Shown here one piece after another: positions 1 through 12,860 of a stretch of 64,000 nucleotides of DNA. Made by a program: the position numbers and the translations under genes. Each line of letters begins with the position of its first letter. Positions within the stretch are counted from its first letter, which is position 1. Source of the DNA: Botryllus schlosseri (lineage: Eukaryota); assembly GCA_051294905.1 (NCBI GenBank), contig CM119372.1, positions 20,276,001 to 20,340,000 on the forward strand, read 5' to 3'. Below the pieces are notes generated by a model. The model was not told the origin of the DNA. It made no database searches and worked only from the letters and a program-made list of their open reading frames with translations.

Positions 1-626
1 ATACATTTGTAACTGTGATATACGAAATTTAATTACTGAATTTCCACCCGCTTTTTCGACATTCGTCCTGTACAAAATATATTCTGACTACTCAGTACTC
101 CGTTTAATGTGGACGCCAAAACATTTGCCAGAAAATTTCAAATAGGCCCATTTGAAATGAGATGCAGTTGAATTGAATGACAAATTTCATACAATGAGGA
201 TATCGCTGAATGACTTTGACAAAGAGTACGTTCTTGAAATGGGTCTTCATCCTAACTTGAACAACAATGCAAAAGAAATGGCATCGACTTTTGTTTTCAA
301 CAATGAAATTCACGAAGAGCAAGCTAAGATCACGTATCCCAACGCCTATTTAGAATATGGTCTGATTCTTACTTCATCTGACTTGTTAGCAGAAGTAAAA
401 AACCTTTCACAAAACAAGCTGCGCCAAGTGTCACATTTATCCTGCGTTGTTGAAGTGTAAATACGTGTGTTTTGCTCTTTTTGTGATTTGTATGATTGAG
501 ATTGCAGCATTGTAGGGTAATATACCGACGTGATCGATAAATATAGTATTAAGAAAAAATCCGGCCCGCCAAAATGTTGTGCACTCGAAATTTGGCCCGT
601 GACTAGCAAAAGGTTGCCGACCCCTG
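1..626 (+). mobile_element. 3' end of a decayed hAT (Buster/SPIN-like) DNA transposon with a transposase C-terminal remnant
   Basis: ORF 173-460 ends ...KLRQVSH, similar to SPIN/Charlie transposase C-termini. Right TIR AAAAGGTTGCCGACCCCTG ends at 626 and is followed by ACCTAGAT, a Buster-type TAG-centred target. The left end is outside the window. Confidence 0.6.
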
Positions 627-1609
627 ACCTAGATCAAACGCTGTAGTCTCAGCAGAAAACTTCGGTGACGACAACACGATGGATATTGACCGATGTATCC
701 AATTGGTCTGGGTGGTCCGTCTACAGATAGGGTCATGACTATCTTGTAATGTTACAACACGATACCACCATCGACTAAATCAGAGAACGATGTCGAAATA
801 TCGATGTAATAGCGCGGACACTCAGAGTCATTGCAATGTGGCTTATTGGTATTGTTATCGAGTGACATTCGATCTACATCAAAACTACCGGCTATGATAA
901 TGTCTGTGGATCGATGTTTGTATACCAACACATTGCATGCAATGTCACACACCTCCATTTGCGCGTATACTGGTGTGGGCAAACAAGCGCGACGTATGTC
1001 TGGATGGTATTTTTTCGTGGAAACACAGGGTGTAACATGTTTACTTTGAATATTGTTCATTGGTTTATCGATTCAGAGTTGATATCCGGATCCGGTTACG
1101 TACTTTATCAGGGTTTCCGATTTCAAACTGAATGTCGAGACATACATTGACCAATAAAGACACAATATAGTAAACATGCGGGAGGAAAACTCGACCTGGA
1201 GTTGTTATCGCGATGGGTGACATAAATCCAACCGTTTTCCGAACACCGTTATCCACATACCAACCATAGTCAAGGAGGTGTTTTATTCAGACATTTTGAC
1301 TCTGGAAAATCCAAAGCATGAACCCGGACATCACGGACATATCAGAAACCCCTTTATTCACCAATTCCGAAAACATACATGTCGATGTACAACAGCACAT
1401 TGTTATTGTATGTGAGTAACCAATGATTTTGATGGGATGCATCAGAGCAAGTGAATATTTGATTACACAAATGTATCGGAGTCGTTGTTGGTGTATATTT
1501 TGTCACTGTCTGCTGTAACAATATACAAAAAAAATATCAAATTGACCGGTGTAGTTGTCAGTTTTCAAAACGAAAATGGTATTGGTACTCAGGTAAATGA
1601 TAGTTTTCC

Positions 1610-2030
1610 AAACGAAAAGGGTTTGTTGCCTGGGGAAAATATATTTCCAAGTGAAAATGGTTTGTTGCTCAGTGAAAAAGGTTTGTTGATCGGGGAAAAA
1701 AATATATTTCCAAGTGAAAAAGGTTTGTTGATCGGGGAAAAAATATATTCCCAAGTGAAAAAGGTTTGTTACCCAGAGAAAAAATATATTTCCAAGTGAA
1801 AAAGGTTTGTTACCAAGAGAAAAAATATATTTCCAAGTGAAAAAGGTTTGTTATCCCGGGCAAAAATATATTTCCAAGTGAAAAGGGGTTTGTTACCCAG
1901 GGAAAAAATATATTTCCAAGTGAAAAACGTTTGTTGTTGAGGGAAAACATATATTTCCAAGTGAAAATGGTTTTGTTACTCGGGTAACGCTAAACTCCCA
2001 AGGGAAAATGGTAATTGTACACAAGTAACG
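1610..2030. repeat. ~38-39-bp minisatellite (AAAAATATATTTCCAAGTGAAAAAGGTTTGTTACCCAG) inside copy 1
   Basis: About 9-10 visible tandem units. The same unit occurs inverted at about 60420-61080 and forward at about 63590-64000. Confidence 0.9.
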
Positions 2031-5000
2031 ACTGACCTCCTGGTGAAAATGATATTTTTACTTGGGTAGGTATCGTATGTTCAGTGTCAGTGATGTTGTT
2101 AAACGTTGTTGCTTGACATCGGTATCCCGTTAGTGTATTATTATGAGTGTGAAAAGGATTTACACATCTTGTGCAGAGTATCAGAGTGTTGCGACAGTAA
2201 AGATATTTTTCGCGTGACGAACCAAGATCGTTGTTTAAATGTTAATGCATTTCGATTACCGAGTTGCTGTACAATAGAGATGAATCTACATTAGACCGTG
2301 CTGTGTACTTCGATTAAAACCACATGTAAATCTATTCGCACAACTCGATGATGTTGATGTAGTGTTACTAAAATAAATTATTACCTATTTACACAACATC
2401 AAAATAACAATTCATGTCGTAGTAAGTAAGCTTCTTGAACTCGTGCTTGATGAAAACGATTGGCGACAAGTATGCTTTTGTGTTTGAGTGAAAAATAATT
2501 ATTTAGAGTAGTGACAGTTTGTGACCAACGAATGCAAATCGATCATGGCATTACAATATACGCTTTCGTCAACATAACGACTTGGTGCAGGAGAAACACT
2601 TTAACGTTTTTCAATAACCAGAATCTTGAAACATGTTGCTTGTGTGATTTACAGCTGGTGCACAAAGGTTAGCGACGTTTTTTAATATAGTTCCACTTTC
2701 TAGTTGTTTTGATGTGAGGCTCGGTGCTTCTCGTTAGTAAAGTAAATTGTTTTGTGCGTTAGATTTGTGGTAAGTAAGTCGAATACATACTCTTTTGTGG
2801 AAGTAACTGTATTACTGCAATATCATTGGTAGGTCTCTGAAGCAGTCACCGCGATTTTAATTTTGAAAGATGTCGCGATGTCGGTATAATGTTTTCTAAA
2901 AGTCAAACTCGGACGGATATCATGGCTATGTGGGACTTACGATAAACATTATACTTATACAACTTTGTTACAAGAACTATGATATTTCTGTAAGTGCTAT
3001 AGTCGTGTGTTGGATTATTTGAATATTTAGATGCGTGACCATTCATGTCAAAAACACTTGCGACGTCAAAACAGTTTGTAGAGTATAACCAAGCATTCTT
3101 TACTTAGAAAGCGTAGGCAATCATTCTTCAGTTTTGTAGTATCAAAAATACCGAGTAAGGTCGACTACTTTGTGTGATGTAAATAACCTTCGTACTTTTG
3201 TAACAGTTGTGACGATGATCATTCGTATCCCACAAAATATTGAATGATCGCTAACACACTGAGTTCATAACCCAAGATAGTGAAAATTGTGTACTCTTAG
3301 ACTAACATAATTCGTATCCAGCAAAACGATAGACACCAAAGGTTCGATGGAGTTTAAATCTAGATTGTATTAAGCGAAGTGATGAGTATCTCCAGTAATA
3401 AAGTCGAAACGACCAAAACAAATTTCTGTGTCTTGTAAAGAACTATTTGGTATGATATTACCTGAGTGTGTGACAATTCGTATCCGTCGAGGTTGAATGT
3501 TTAGCCATTTCGAAATGAATCCAGATCACATGAAGTATGCATTAATCACAATAGAATCGACGAGAATGTTAACCACGTAGAGTGTGTTTGTTTAAAAGTT
3601 ATCTCCAATACGGTTACTTCGATCGGTATTAATTCCATGTCATACAAAAACATGTAACCTTTGTACAGTTTCGTAGTACGGGAATATCGAGTGAAGTTGA
3701 TTATTTTTGTGTGACGAAAATATCTTGTATTGATATTGGACACTGGTTTCGTTACCCAAGTGAGTGAAAATTGTTCTTGGCTGGACAGATATGATTAGTA
3801 TTTAGAAAAAACGACTCACACCGATTAAGCGACACTGTTTCCTATCCAATGACTGAGTGAAATTTCTCAGGGGTTTGATTTACCGAGTTAATTGTCGGTG
3901 ATTCAATCACATACAAGTATATGGTCTTTTAGTGACTGATTATTGTGACGACATTTACTTTGACGAATGGCAATGGAAAATTGTCCAATTTCTCTGATCG
4001 TGTGCGTTGCACAAATAGTTCTAGTATGTAATCAGTGAACGTCATGTAAATTGACAACGACTCTCAGTAGTTTGGTTGGATGATGGAGGTTCAAATCGAT
4101 ATCGCTACTACGAACAGCAATACAAACACATTTTTGTAGATTTCAGTGTAGCGCACATTTCGATTTTATTAATGCTGAGAGGTTTCTGTATTACTCAAGT
4201 ATAGTTGAATAGGTGGTGCCTAGCAAACATATTCCAATTTACTTTTGTAATGATCAAAGTGAGTGTGAAATGATGCGAACGGATTAAGCATTAATCAAAT
4301 GGTGGTATGTCAATTCACCTAGTGTGATATCTTGACACCAGGTAATGCGCGAAAGTGTTTCAATTCTCACCGACAATAAAGTATTGCCCCGGTTATTGTT
4401 CAACAAAGGGAATTGTTGTTTCATCTTTAGTCTTGTTTAATGCAGACATTTGTAAAATATTTCCTGATATCCACAATACTCTGCGTGGTTTGTACCAAGG
4501 CTGAATAATTTTCCAATCGAGAACATTTTAGACACACATAGTTTACAACTCAATATGTTAATAACAATGGTACTGAAAAGTTTGTTGCTGTCACAATAAT
4601 CTTTACCACAACGCCGGGTCTAATTAACGCAAATTATTTAATAGTCAAGTCATGATCAACTATTACATATGTCAAATCAATGTGTCAATCCTTATGTTTA
4701 CATCATGATAATTTTCAATATAACACCTGCGTTCGATTGTAAGAAATGAATTCTCAACATGTTGGGCAGACTTTCAAATCTCGCATACTCAAACATATTA
4801 TGTTAATCTCAAGTCGCGGGCACCGAGAAGTAATTACTTTTATCTTACAAAATATACCGCATAGTAATTTCTTTGTCTTACAGAATAGTAACGACTTTTC
4901 AAGTTGAATAAAAAAGATGCGTAGGGATATGAATACAACCAGGCTTGTTATGGATTTTAGGTTTTAGTGCTTGTATGGATTCGTGTATGTTTGGCTGTTT

Positions 5001-5869
5001 TTCATATTGATACTGTTGAGTTGGTCGGTTAACGGATTTACTTGACAATGTTTTCGTGGTTGATTCTTTGAATATGGTAAGATGGTCAGATGTCGAGACG
5101 TAATACTATTTCCGTTAACTCAATTACAACAAAACATAACCAGCATTCAAATAATCCGTAAGCTACAAGTGGATTTAAAACTTGATGCTGTTTTGTGGTT
5201 AACTCAAGTCAGTGGTCATATTTGTGTTGATTTCAGGAATGATCATGACGAGTTGGTCGGGTAAATTAGTGGTAGTAACTATGACCGTACAGAGTTGCTG
5301 ACATTCAAACATCTTTTACGCTGTAATATACGTATTTTATTGTGATAAATTATTTCTCAGTTATTGTTCAGACATTCAAATCTCGTATACTCAAAATATA
5401 ATATGTTTATGTCAAGTCATTTATGTGTCGATTAGTAAATAGCTTACTTTGTCTTCAGAATAGTAACGACCTTTACAATTGAATAAAAAGACCGATCATA
5501 TGAATACAACCAGAATGAATTAATTCAAATTTGTGAGTTGCAGTGGTATAATCAAGTAAGTGAAAACTAGATTTTGAACACTTGTTAATGTTGTAAATAA
5601 TTCTTTTGAGTATGGTAAGATGTTAAAAATGTCGCTTTGACAAACGAAAAGTCGGATCGCGAATAGAGTTGCAATGTTCCATTACTTGTTTCGAATCAAT
5701 GTGTGTATAATATCAATATGGGACTGTGGGAAAGTTGATAGCCATGTTTGTCAATCCTATTTCAATTCACACTACACCAAAGTCAAAATATTTCGTTTCG
5801 GATTATCTCAATTTACCTAGTACATCCCGCGAATGGATTCCGACCCATGCTATAACTAGATCGCTATAT

Positions 5870-7135
5870 CTGATGCATTATCCCGTCAGCGACGTAGGGT
5901 TTTACAATTATTTCACACCTTTTCGAATAAGCGTCAACTTCGCAAAGGATTAGGGTGGGATCACAAATAAGTGAGAATTTGTCGGTATTCGAATCATCGT
6001 CTGTGACGGCTCTGTTATCCGTTACTTATTAAATTTTACCAGTGAAATCCAGTTCCTGTGACATACCGATTATCAAAATATTACATTGTGGCGATTGGAA
6101 TGTATGTAACAACAAGTTGGTGAGGGGTGGCTATGTCTTAGGTGTTATCTCGTGAGTGATCGTGGGATTTGCAACCTATTTCGCACCTTTTTGAAGTGTT
6201 AGTTTGTGAACGCGGCTATTGTTGGTATCGCCGTCTACGCGGGTTCTGTGGTAAACTAATTACCAAAATATTACATTGTCAACGATCGGCATGTATGTAA
6301 CAGCGAGTCGCGAGCGATGGTTATGTCTTAGGTATTATCTTGTGAGCGATCGCGGGATTTTACCAATATTTCACACCTTTTTGGAGTGTTAGTTTGTGAA
6401 CGCGGCTATTGTTGCTATTCGAATCGCCGTCTACGCCAGCTCCGTGGTAAACTAATTACCAAGCGACTGATTCCTAGATTTAGCAAACTATTTCACACCC
6501 TTTTTGGTGAAAGTACGACATGCCGCTAGCATTCTATCAACGAAAGTACGAATCATCGCCGCGCCCATAAGAATAACGATATATTAAAGTCACATTCACC
6601 GTAAACGCTGGAATTACTTCAAATTGGTCATATATAATAATTTGAGGTATACACATTAACTAAGAGTCAATCACGTGACTATTTACTATACCTAATACAT
6701 ATTCAACACAGCGCGAGAGATGCCTATACCAAAAAGTACGAATCACGGCCGCACCCATAAGAACACATGGAGAGTCACCAGAGACCGCGTAAGAATACAT
6801 GACAGGCAGGTCATCGCCGCCGTCTATATCCACAACGTTAGTTCACTACCAAACAAGCCATGGCAGGTCATCGCCGCAGCCTATACCCACAACGTTAGTT
6901 CACTACCAGACATTCCATGGCAGGTCATCGCCGCAGCCTATACCGAAAGGGTGGGGTCACCAACACGAGTTTTCAAGGTATATCATCACCGCAGCCTATA
7001 CCTGAAAGGGTGGTATCATCACCGCACCCATAAGAAACAATGGCAGGTCACCACCACAAGGGGGGTCTAAAAGGGTGGGGTCATCACCCCGGGTTTTCAG
7101 GCAGGTCACCACCCCGCCCATAAGAGCCCCAGGCA
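5870..7135. repeat. Subterminal repeat arrays of copy 1 (~180-bp units, then short GC-rich GGCAGGTCATCGCCGCAGCCTATACC units)
   Basis: Repeated TATTTCACACCTTTT / GTTAGTTTGTGAACGCGGCTATTGTTG blocks at about 5900-6500. GC-rich short repeats at about 6780-7130. Confidence 0.8.
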
Positions 7136-8063
7136 CATCATGAGAGATCTACTATACTACTGAGGTGAATTGAAAATGACCCGACATGACTTCACTCGAG
7201 TCAAAAGCATAAAAGCGAAATTGACTTGAGACTTGAATCCTCATGACAAAGTTACAACTCTGTCGCAGCCCATACAGAGCTTAAGAAGTTGGAACAGATC
7301 CTTCTCCTGAGGAGTGGAGGAAATGGGTTGTATCTCTGAGGGAACACAACTTCTGTTTAAGGTGGAGAGTAATGTATAGCGATACGTTCCACCGCTGTAT
7401 CACCAATGATCGAGTCTGACCGGGGAAAATTAGGAATCCATTCATAACTGTTGGAGGTTTATCTGTAAGCTAGTCATCGCCACTCGATCCGTATAAGCGG
7501 TTATGTTTGAAAGCCGAGAACGAAACTGGGGCCGCGTGCTATATGTCGGCGACTCATGCACGAATCATATAGCAAAGCGTATTGTCCTGATGAAAACTGA
7601 TCAGTGACCATGGATGTCGAAAACCAAGAATAAACAACAACAATTGATGCCTTTGATGTGCAGTGTGTAATGTCTACACTGCTGTGCAACTTCTTTAGAA
7701 GAAGGAAGGCAACGCGAGGTAGTGACCGTTTCTAAATGGCTACATATTAGAAAAAAGGTTACGGAACCTTTGTTATGTGAAATTCATCACATTCAGAAGA
7801 TATTGACTACGGAGACAGCGGTATTGACAGTCTGTCATTACGAATAGATATATTTGCATAATCATACCTTAATCGTTCCAATCATGTACAGGAACTTGCT
7901 CGTATCGAAAGTGCAGACGGAATCTATAAGATTCTTCGTTTCATCCGGAACGCGGTCCGTAGGCAAGTAGAAACATTTCGGCAAATCCGGAGGCTTCGGT
8001 GGAGCGTTGTTTCTTAATTGTGGAAAATGAAAGCCCTTCAAAACTTCAACAATACGACTAGAG

Positions 8064-9320
8064 CAGTGGTTCTCAACCTATTTCTATTCGCGGACCCTTT
8101 GGATCATCATAGACCCCCGCGAACCCCCACAAGTTTTAGTTCAACTTGAGCTCAATTATCGTGCAACGGTCATCTGCCTTATGCAAATATCAACTATAGG
8201 CTAGTGATAAACAGCAGCAAAACGACTTAAAAAAACAACATCATCCTCTAAGAAGTAGTGAGCGATTTCCACAGCTGCATTTCTTGAAATACCTGGTCGT
8301 GTCTTGAAAATATCCACCTTCGATTTGATAGGAACGAGTGCCGAATAATATATATTTTTACAAAGATAGGTTGTCGCGAATGTAATATTAATGCAATAAT
8401 GCGTAACTAGGGATGAATTTAAAACAAACGATCTTTCAAAACACTTTGTTTAAAACATGTTTTAAACAGTGTTTTAAACAAACGCCTTTTAAAAAAACGT
8501 GTTTTTTGAAGTTGTAAAATTATGCCATAGTTGTGTAAATACTTTCCAAAAAAACATGTAGTGTGAGCCTACGGACAATTACCACCCGATTTAGCCGACG
8601 TATAACGATATGGGACGGTTGGAACTCTCAAAATAGTCGGTTCAACAGTTATATTACAGCTATTTTGTCAAAGGAGCTATATTTATCCTATATTTTCAAT
8701 TGTCAAAGTCAGCCCACAATTGAATATTCGTGAAGTCATGGCTTTAAAAAATATGTTTTAAATTAGGGCCTGGTTTTAAACATGTTTGTTTTCAATTGAT
8801 TTTTGTTTTAAATGCAACTCTATGCGTAACGGTTCCGACGATACCTTTGAGTATTATCGCAACATATATTGCACCAAAATTGAGAAAAAGATTTTATAAT
8901 GAACAAATCACGTCCAAACTATTCATTTCTATCTAGCAGCTCATCTTGAAGTTATCGTGGAATAGTGGTTGTTTATCACAGGGAAAAATGGATTCGGTGA
9001 TGAAGTTTAAATTTCATTTTTTGGGATTGATTACGAAAAAAACATTTTCCCCAAACCTCAACAAAACATCTATGAACAGCAATGTATCAGTAGGCTATCG
9101 GCAATTTGGTAATTAAAATGAGTCAGCACAGAAGAATATTTCATTTCATACGGTCATTCTGACGATGTCGGTCTTGAATATTTAGCAGTTATGAAGCGAA
9201 ATTGCCTCGTGATTTCCATATGAGAAAAATCTATACATATTGTATTATCAATCTTTATGCAAATTTAGAGGCTTCACAGACCCCTGAATATGCGTCGCGA
9301 ACCCCATTTGAGAATCACTT
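8064..9320. mobile_element. hAT (Charlie/Buster-type) non-autonomous element
   Basis: Termini CAGTGGTTCTCAA ... TTGAGAATCACTT. Perfect 8-bp TSD GACTAGAG (8056-8063, 9321-9328). FATTYLC-like remnant on the - strand near 8360-8385. Confidence 0.85.
8408..8822. mobile_element. hAT-type MITE nested in the 8064-9320 element
   Basis: TAGGGATGAATTTAAAACAAA ... TTTTAAATGCAACTCTA with perfect TSD TGCGTAAC (8400-8407, 8823-8830). Relatives at about 33425-33980 and a partial copy at about 37810-38004. Confidence 0.85.
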
Positions 9321-9608
9321 GACTAGAGTCATCTTTTATCGGTAACTGCATGACGCTTTCTACAAAGTGAACAACAACTAACTCATAACATTATGCTTGC
9401 ATTTCTATAGTAATTTTGTTCCTTGACGAGAACTTGTCTTAGTGCCTTTGAGTGTTTCCAGCTCGTGTGTTTAGTACAGGGCTGTCAAACATACGGATCG
9501 CGGACCGTACCCAGCCCTCCAGACTGTGTCATCAGGCCCGCGAAGCCATTCTGATTAGATTGCTTCCACCACATGTGTAACAAATTTTTAGATTTTTTAT
9601 GGGAGATC

Positions 9609-10597
9609 TAGGGATGGTGTGAACCTCTGAAAGGTTCAGGTTCGTGTGAACGCGAACCTTTTTGAAAGGTTCTGTGTGAACACGAACGTGAACCTCGTGA
9701 CGTGACGTGACGTCATATTGCTAATTCCAACCCTTTCTTTCAATGAAGTGATAGCCTAATATGCCCTATATTAATGTACACGATACCTAGCGAAGATTCG
9801 GCCCACATAATGCCACAATGCTGAAGTACATATCGGCGTTTTAAACGTCGCTAAATGTATCAACTGCGGTAATCAAAGGACATGATAATTGCATAAAATC
9901 AGTACATTCCGTCGCTTTGCCAACAATTTCGACGAGGACTTACGAAGGAATATAAGCTTACGCCTTAAAGGTCTTAGCCAGACCGGACAATGTGTTCGGA
10001 GTCTGAGTATTGCTACATTGATATTGAACAGAGTGTACAACGGGTTTCTATACTCGCTACCGATACCACAAACAACAAGTTATGCAGCAGTAGCACGCAC
10101 CTTAATCGTACGGATTTGGTTTTAATGATACAGTAAAGATATGAAGTCAAGATTGACCCAGTACGACCGTTCGATTTTTTACATCAGAAGACGATATCAA
10201 TGTCATTGATTGGTTGACTAAGCCTCATTCGCTGACTACGTATATCGATCGCGGGTCAGGCTCACAGCAGAGAGTCACTAAATATTCACAAACGGAAAGC
10301 TGGATATTCCGAGAAAATTTTTGCAACAAAGCAAGTAAAACTTTTAAGGTTGTCGAGGTACATGGTGCATGCTCGTTTAGTGTTGATTTTTTATGCTGCC
10401 AGCACCATGCATGGAGTGGCCCGCAGTTGAAATGCAATAAATTTGAGCCAAAGATCTTATAATGGAGTGAAAATTACAATTTACCAAAAGGTTCACAGTG
10501 CAGAACCTACCAAGGTTCTGTTGTGAACGCGAACCTCTAAATTTCCGAGGTTCACACACAGAGCGCGAACGTGAACCTCACGTTCACACCATCCCTA
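9609..10597. mobile_element. hAT-type MITE, TAGGGATGGTGTGAAC family
   Basis: TIR TAGGGATGGTGTGAAC / GTTCACACCATCCCTA. Inverted full copy at 51167-52145 and an interrupted copy from 41390. Confidence 0.85.
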
Positions 10598-12064
10598 GGA
10601 GATACATCCATTAAAAAATCCCTCAAGGCAACAAATGTCGACCATGTTCAATGGTCATAGGCCACATTATAGACAGTTAGACACCCGACTGCTGCAATTT
10701 GATTTCACTCTTGCTGTCACTTGGAACTAGTTGTTGACATTGACACTCAATTACGAGAAGGCAAAAAAGTGCACACCGAGTTCGAAGTTTTATGGAAAAT
10801 TGAAACAAAAAGCAGTTATTCACAGAAGCCAAAACGACAATGTGGAACAGTGAAATGCAGTTTACACGGATAATATATTAGATACACAAAAATTATTCAA
10901 ATATCTGTGGTCGCACTGCTTCGTCACTTTCGAGCCAAAAGTCCCCGGACTACAGATAAACCTGCGATATAAAAATACCAAACCAAATTCCAATGTCCGC
11001 GGTTACAGCACAAAGTATACGCAAGACTAACCCCAGATTACGTCTAAGATGAAGGTAGCACAGAGATAGACCAACTAATATCGTTGTTAGCGTCACTCCT
11101 TTAGAGCCTTATAGGTTTATATAATCATGGCCGTATTCAACCGTCCAATCATAGTATTTTTTGACAATTCTATTGTGTTTCTTGGCCATAACTATATTTC
11201 ATAGTGCTTTTCGGTGAGCCTTCGGCTCGATCATTACTTAACAGAAATGTATTTTCCATGAATATACGTAGCCTTGTGACCCATTCTTTGGAAATTGAGT
11301 TTCTATACATCAACCGAGATTTCGAGGCTCTCGCGGTGGGAAGAAAGTGTCGAAACTATATTTCGCGTTGATGAAATAATTGTTTAACGTAGTCATGCGC
11401 ATTATTTCGTAAAGAAACATGAGACGAAATTAATTCTGGACTTGGAATTAGATTTGAATCTTGTATCCGGAATAAGAATTGGTTTTGCAGGACACATCAA
11501 ATCCTCTCATCTCTGTTCCCAATCATCGCTCCGTACACCTGTCGTTCAACTCATTTCAACAGCATTGATATCATTGCATACTGGCTAGTACCATAAAATA
11601 GCCATACGCATCTATCTCACAGCTAAATCGCGTGATTGCGAGGAACGCTGTAATTTTACATACTTCCCTGAAATTCCTGTCGTTTGAGAGCTATACATCT
11701 GCAATTCGTCGCAGTCGCAGTAAAGCAATAATCTGTCTTTCGTGAAGCAGCAACGAGAAAGAATATCGATTGCTGGCGGTGATGATGCTATATTGCGTCA
11801 GATACATAATCTCTTCGTGTTTGACAGAGCCTGGTTTAAGTGCCTTACCGAACGCATAATGCTAGAATTAGAAAATTGATGACATCTGGACCGGCATGAT
11901 TTTTGCTCGACGTAAAGATCATACTGAATTTGACGACACAGTATGCTGCTGTAGTGCAGTGTGCAGAAAGATAAGTAGTAACAGGTTCGGACGAATTGTA
12001 AGGCTTGAATATGGACCTATAGTTTGAGCTTGGGTTAACTTAGTATCACGATGAGCGAAATACA

Positions 12065-12320
12065 TAGTCGCAGTGGAATCAAAGTAGCTTATGTCCATTT
12101 TAGACATTTTGAGAAAATTAACTTTACGTGAAGTTTTCATCTTCTTTCCGCCATATATTGGCCCCGATTAACTTTGAAAAAACCGACACAGACATTGATA
12201 TGGCCAAGATATGACCGAAAAAATTTCTAAATTTTCGAAAAGTTGATTGTTTCCAAGTTTTAAAAATGGAATTTTCAAATTTGAAAAGTGGACATAAGCT
12301 ACTTTAATTCCACTACGACG
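12065..12320. mobile_element. Small TIR element (MITE-like), superfamily not assigned
   Basis: Imperfect inverted repeat GTCGCAGTGGAATCAAAGTAGCTTATGTCCA ... TGGACATAAGCTACTTTAATTCCACTACGAC. Confidence 0.55.
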
Positions 12321-12532
12321 ATTTCAGACTTTGTGTCGATAGCTAAATCAAGACTCTATCTCCGTCACCTGTATTTCTTACAGAATAGCGGAAGCTGATA
12401 AAAATGGACCATAAAACGCGGATACATCGGAGACAGCGAAAAGAGAAAAATGTTTTTTCGGTGTAAAGAGACCGTCATAAAAGGAATACGGTCATATAAT
12501 ATCTCGACACTGGAATCTAAGTAAGCTGGAAG

Positions 12533-12860
12533 GGTGTCCGGTCAATACCGAGAAAACCATTACCGAGAATGCCATTACCGAGAATGGACACCACCGAGAA
12601 TGGACATTACCGAGAATGGACACCACCGAGAATGGACATTACCGAGAACACAATATATGCATTACAGGCATGTTATGCATATGCACAGGTCGTGTGTGTG
12701 CATCACGGCGTCGCCACGTTCGGTATCGATGCCCAGGTATAAATTTCTCGACAACGTCAGTCCCAGTAAGCTATATTCTTGACATTGGCCATTCTCGGTA
12801 ATGTCCATTCTCGGTAATGTCCATTCTCGGTAATGGTTTTCTCGGTATTGGTATAGAACC
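12533..12860. mobile_element. Mutator-like (MULE) foldback MITE with 16-bp tandem subrepeats
   Basis: GG...CC termini and a perfect 9-bp TSD AGCTGGAAG (12524-12532, 12861-12869). Arms are built of CCGAGAATGGACATTA units in opposite orientations. Confidence 0.8.

Larger units (their letters stand above)
627..7161 (-). mobile_element. Large Polinton/Maverick-terminus element, copy 1 (non-autonomous, inverted relative to copy 2)
   Basis: Ends ...AGATCTACTATACTACT at 7161 (reverse complement AGTAGTATAGTAGATC), homologous to AGTAGTTATGTAGATC at 55481. Collinear inverted homology to 55481-61985 with shared subterminal repeat arrays. No integrase, PolB or capsid ORF recognised. Confidence 0.7.

Noticed and set aside
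1485..1960. Repetitive ORFs (IFPSEKGLL.., FFTWKYIF..), also at 60572-60808
   Set aside because: They are translations of the 38-39-bp minisatellite, with frame-shifting unit lengths.
2500..2670. Faint resemblance of ITIYAFVNITTWCRRN to Polinton PolB motif A (YDxxSLYP)
   Set aside because: The catalytic Asp and SLYP are absent and the frame is short, so it cannot be supported without a profile search.
6780..7130. CRISPR-like appearance of the short repeats here and at 12550-12850 and 55510-55760
   Set aside because: There are no unique constant-length spacers and no cas genes, the context is eukaryotic, and these are subterminal transposon repeats.
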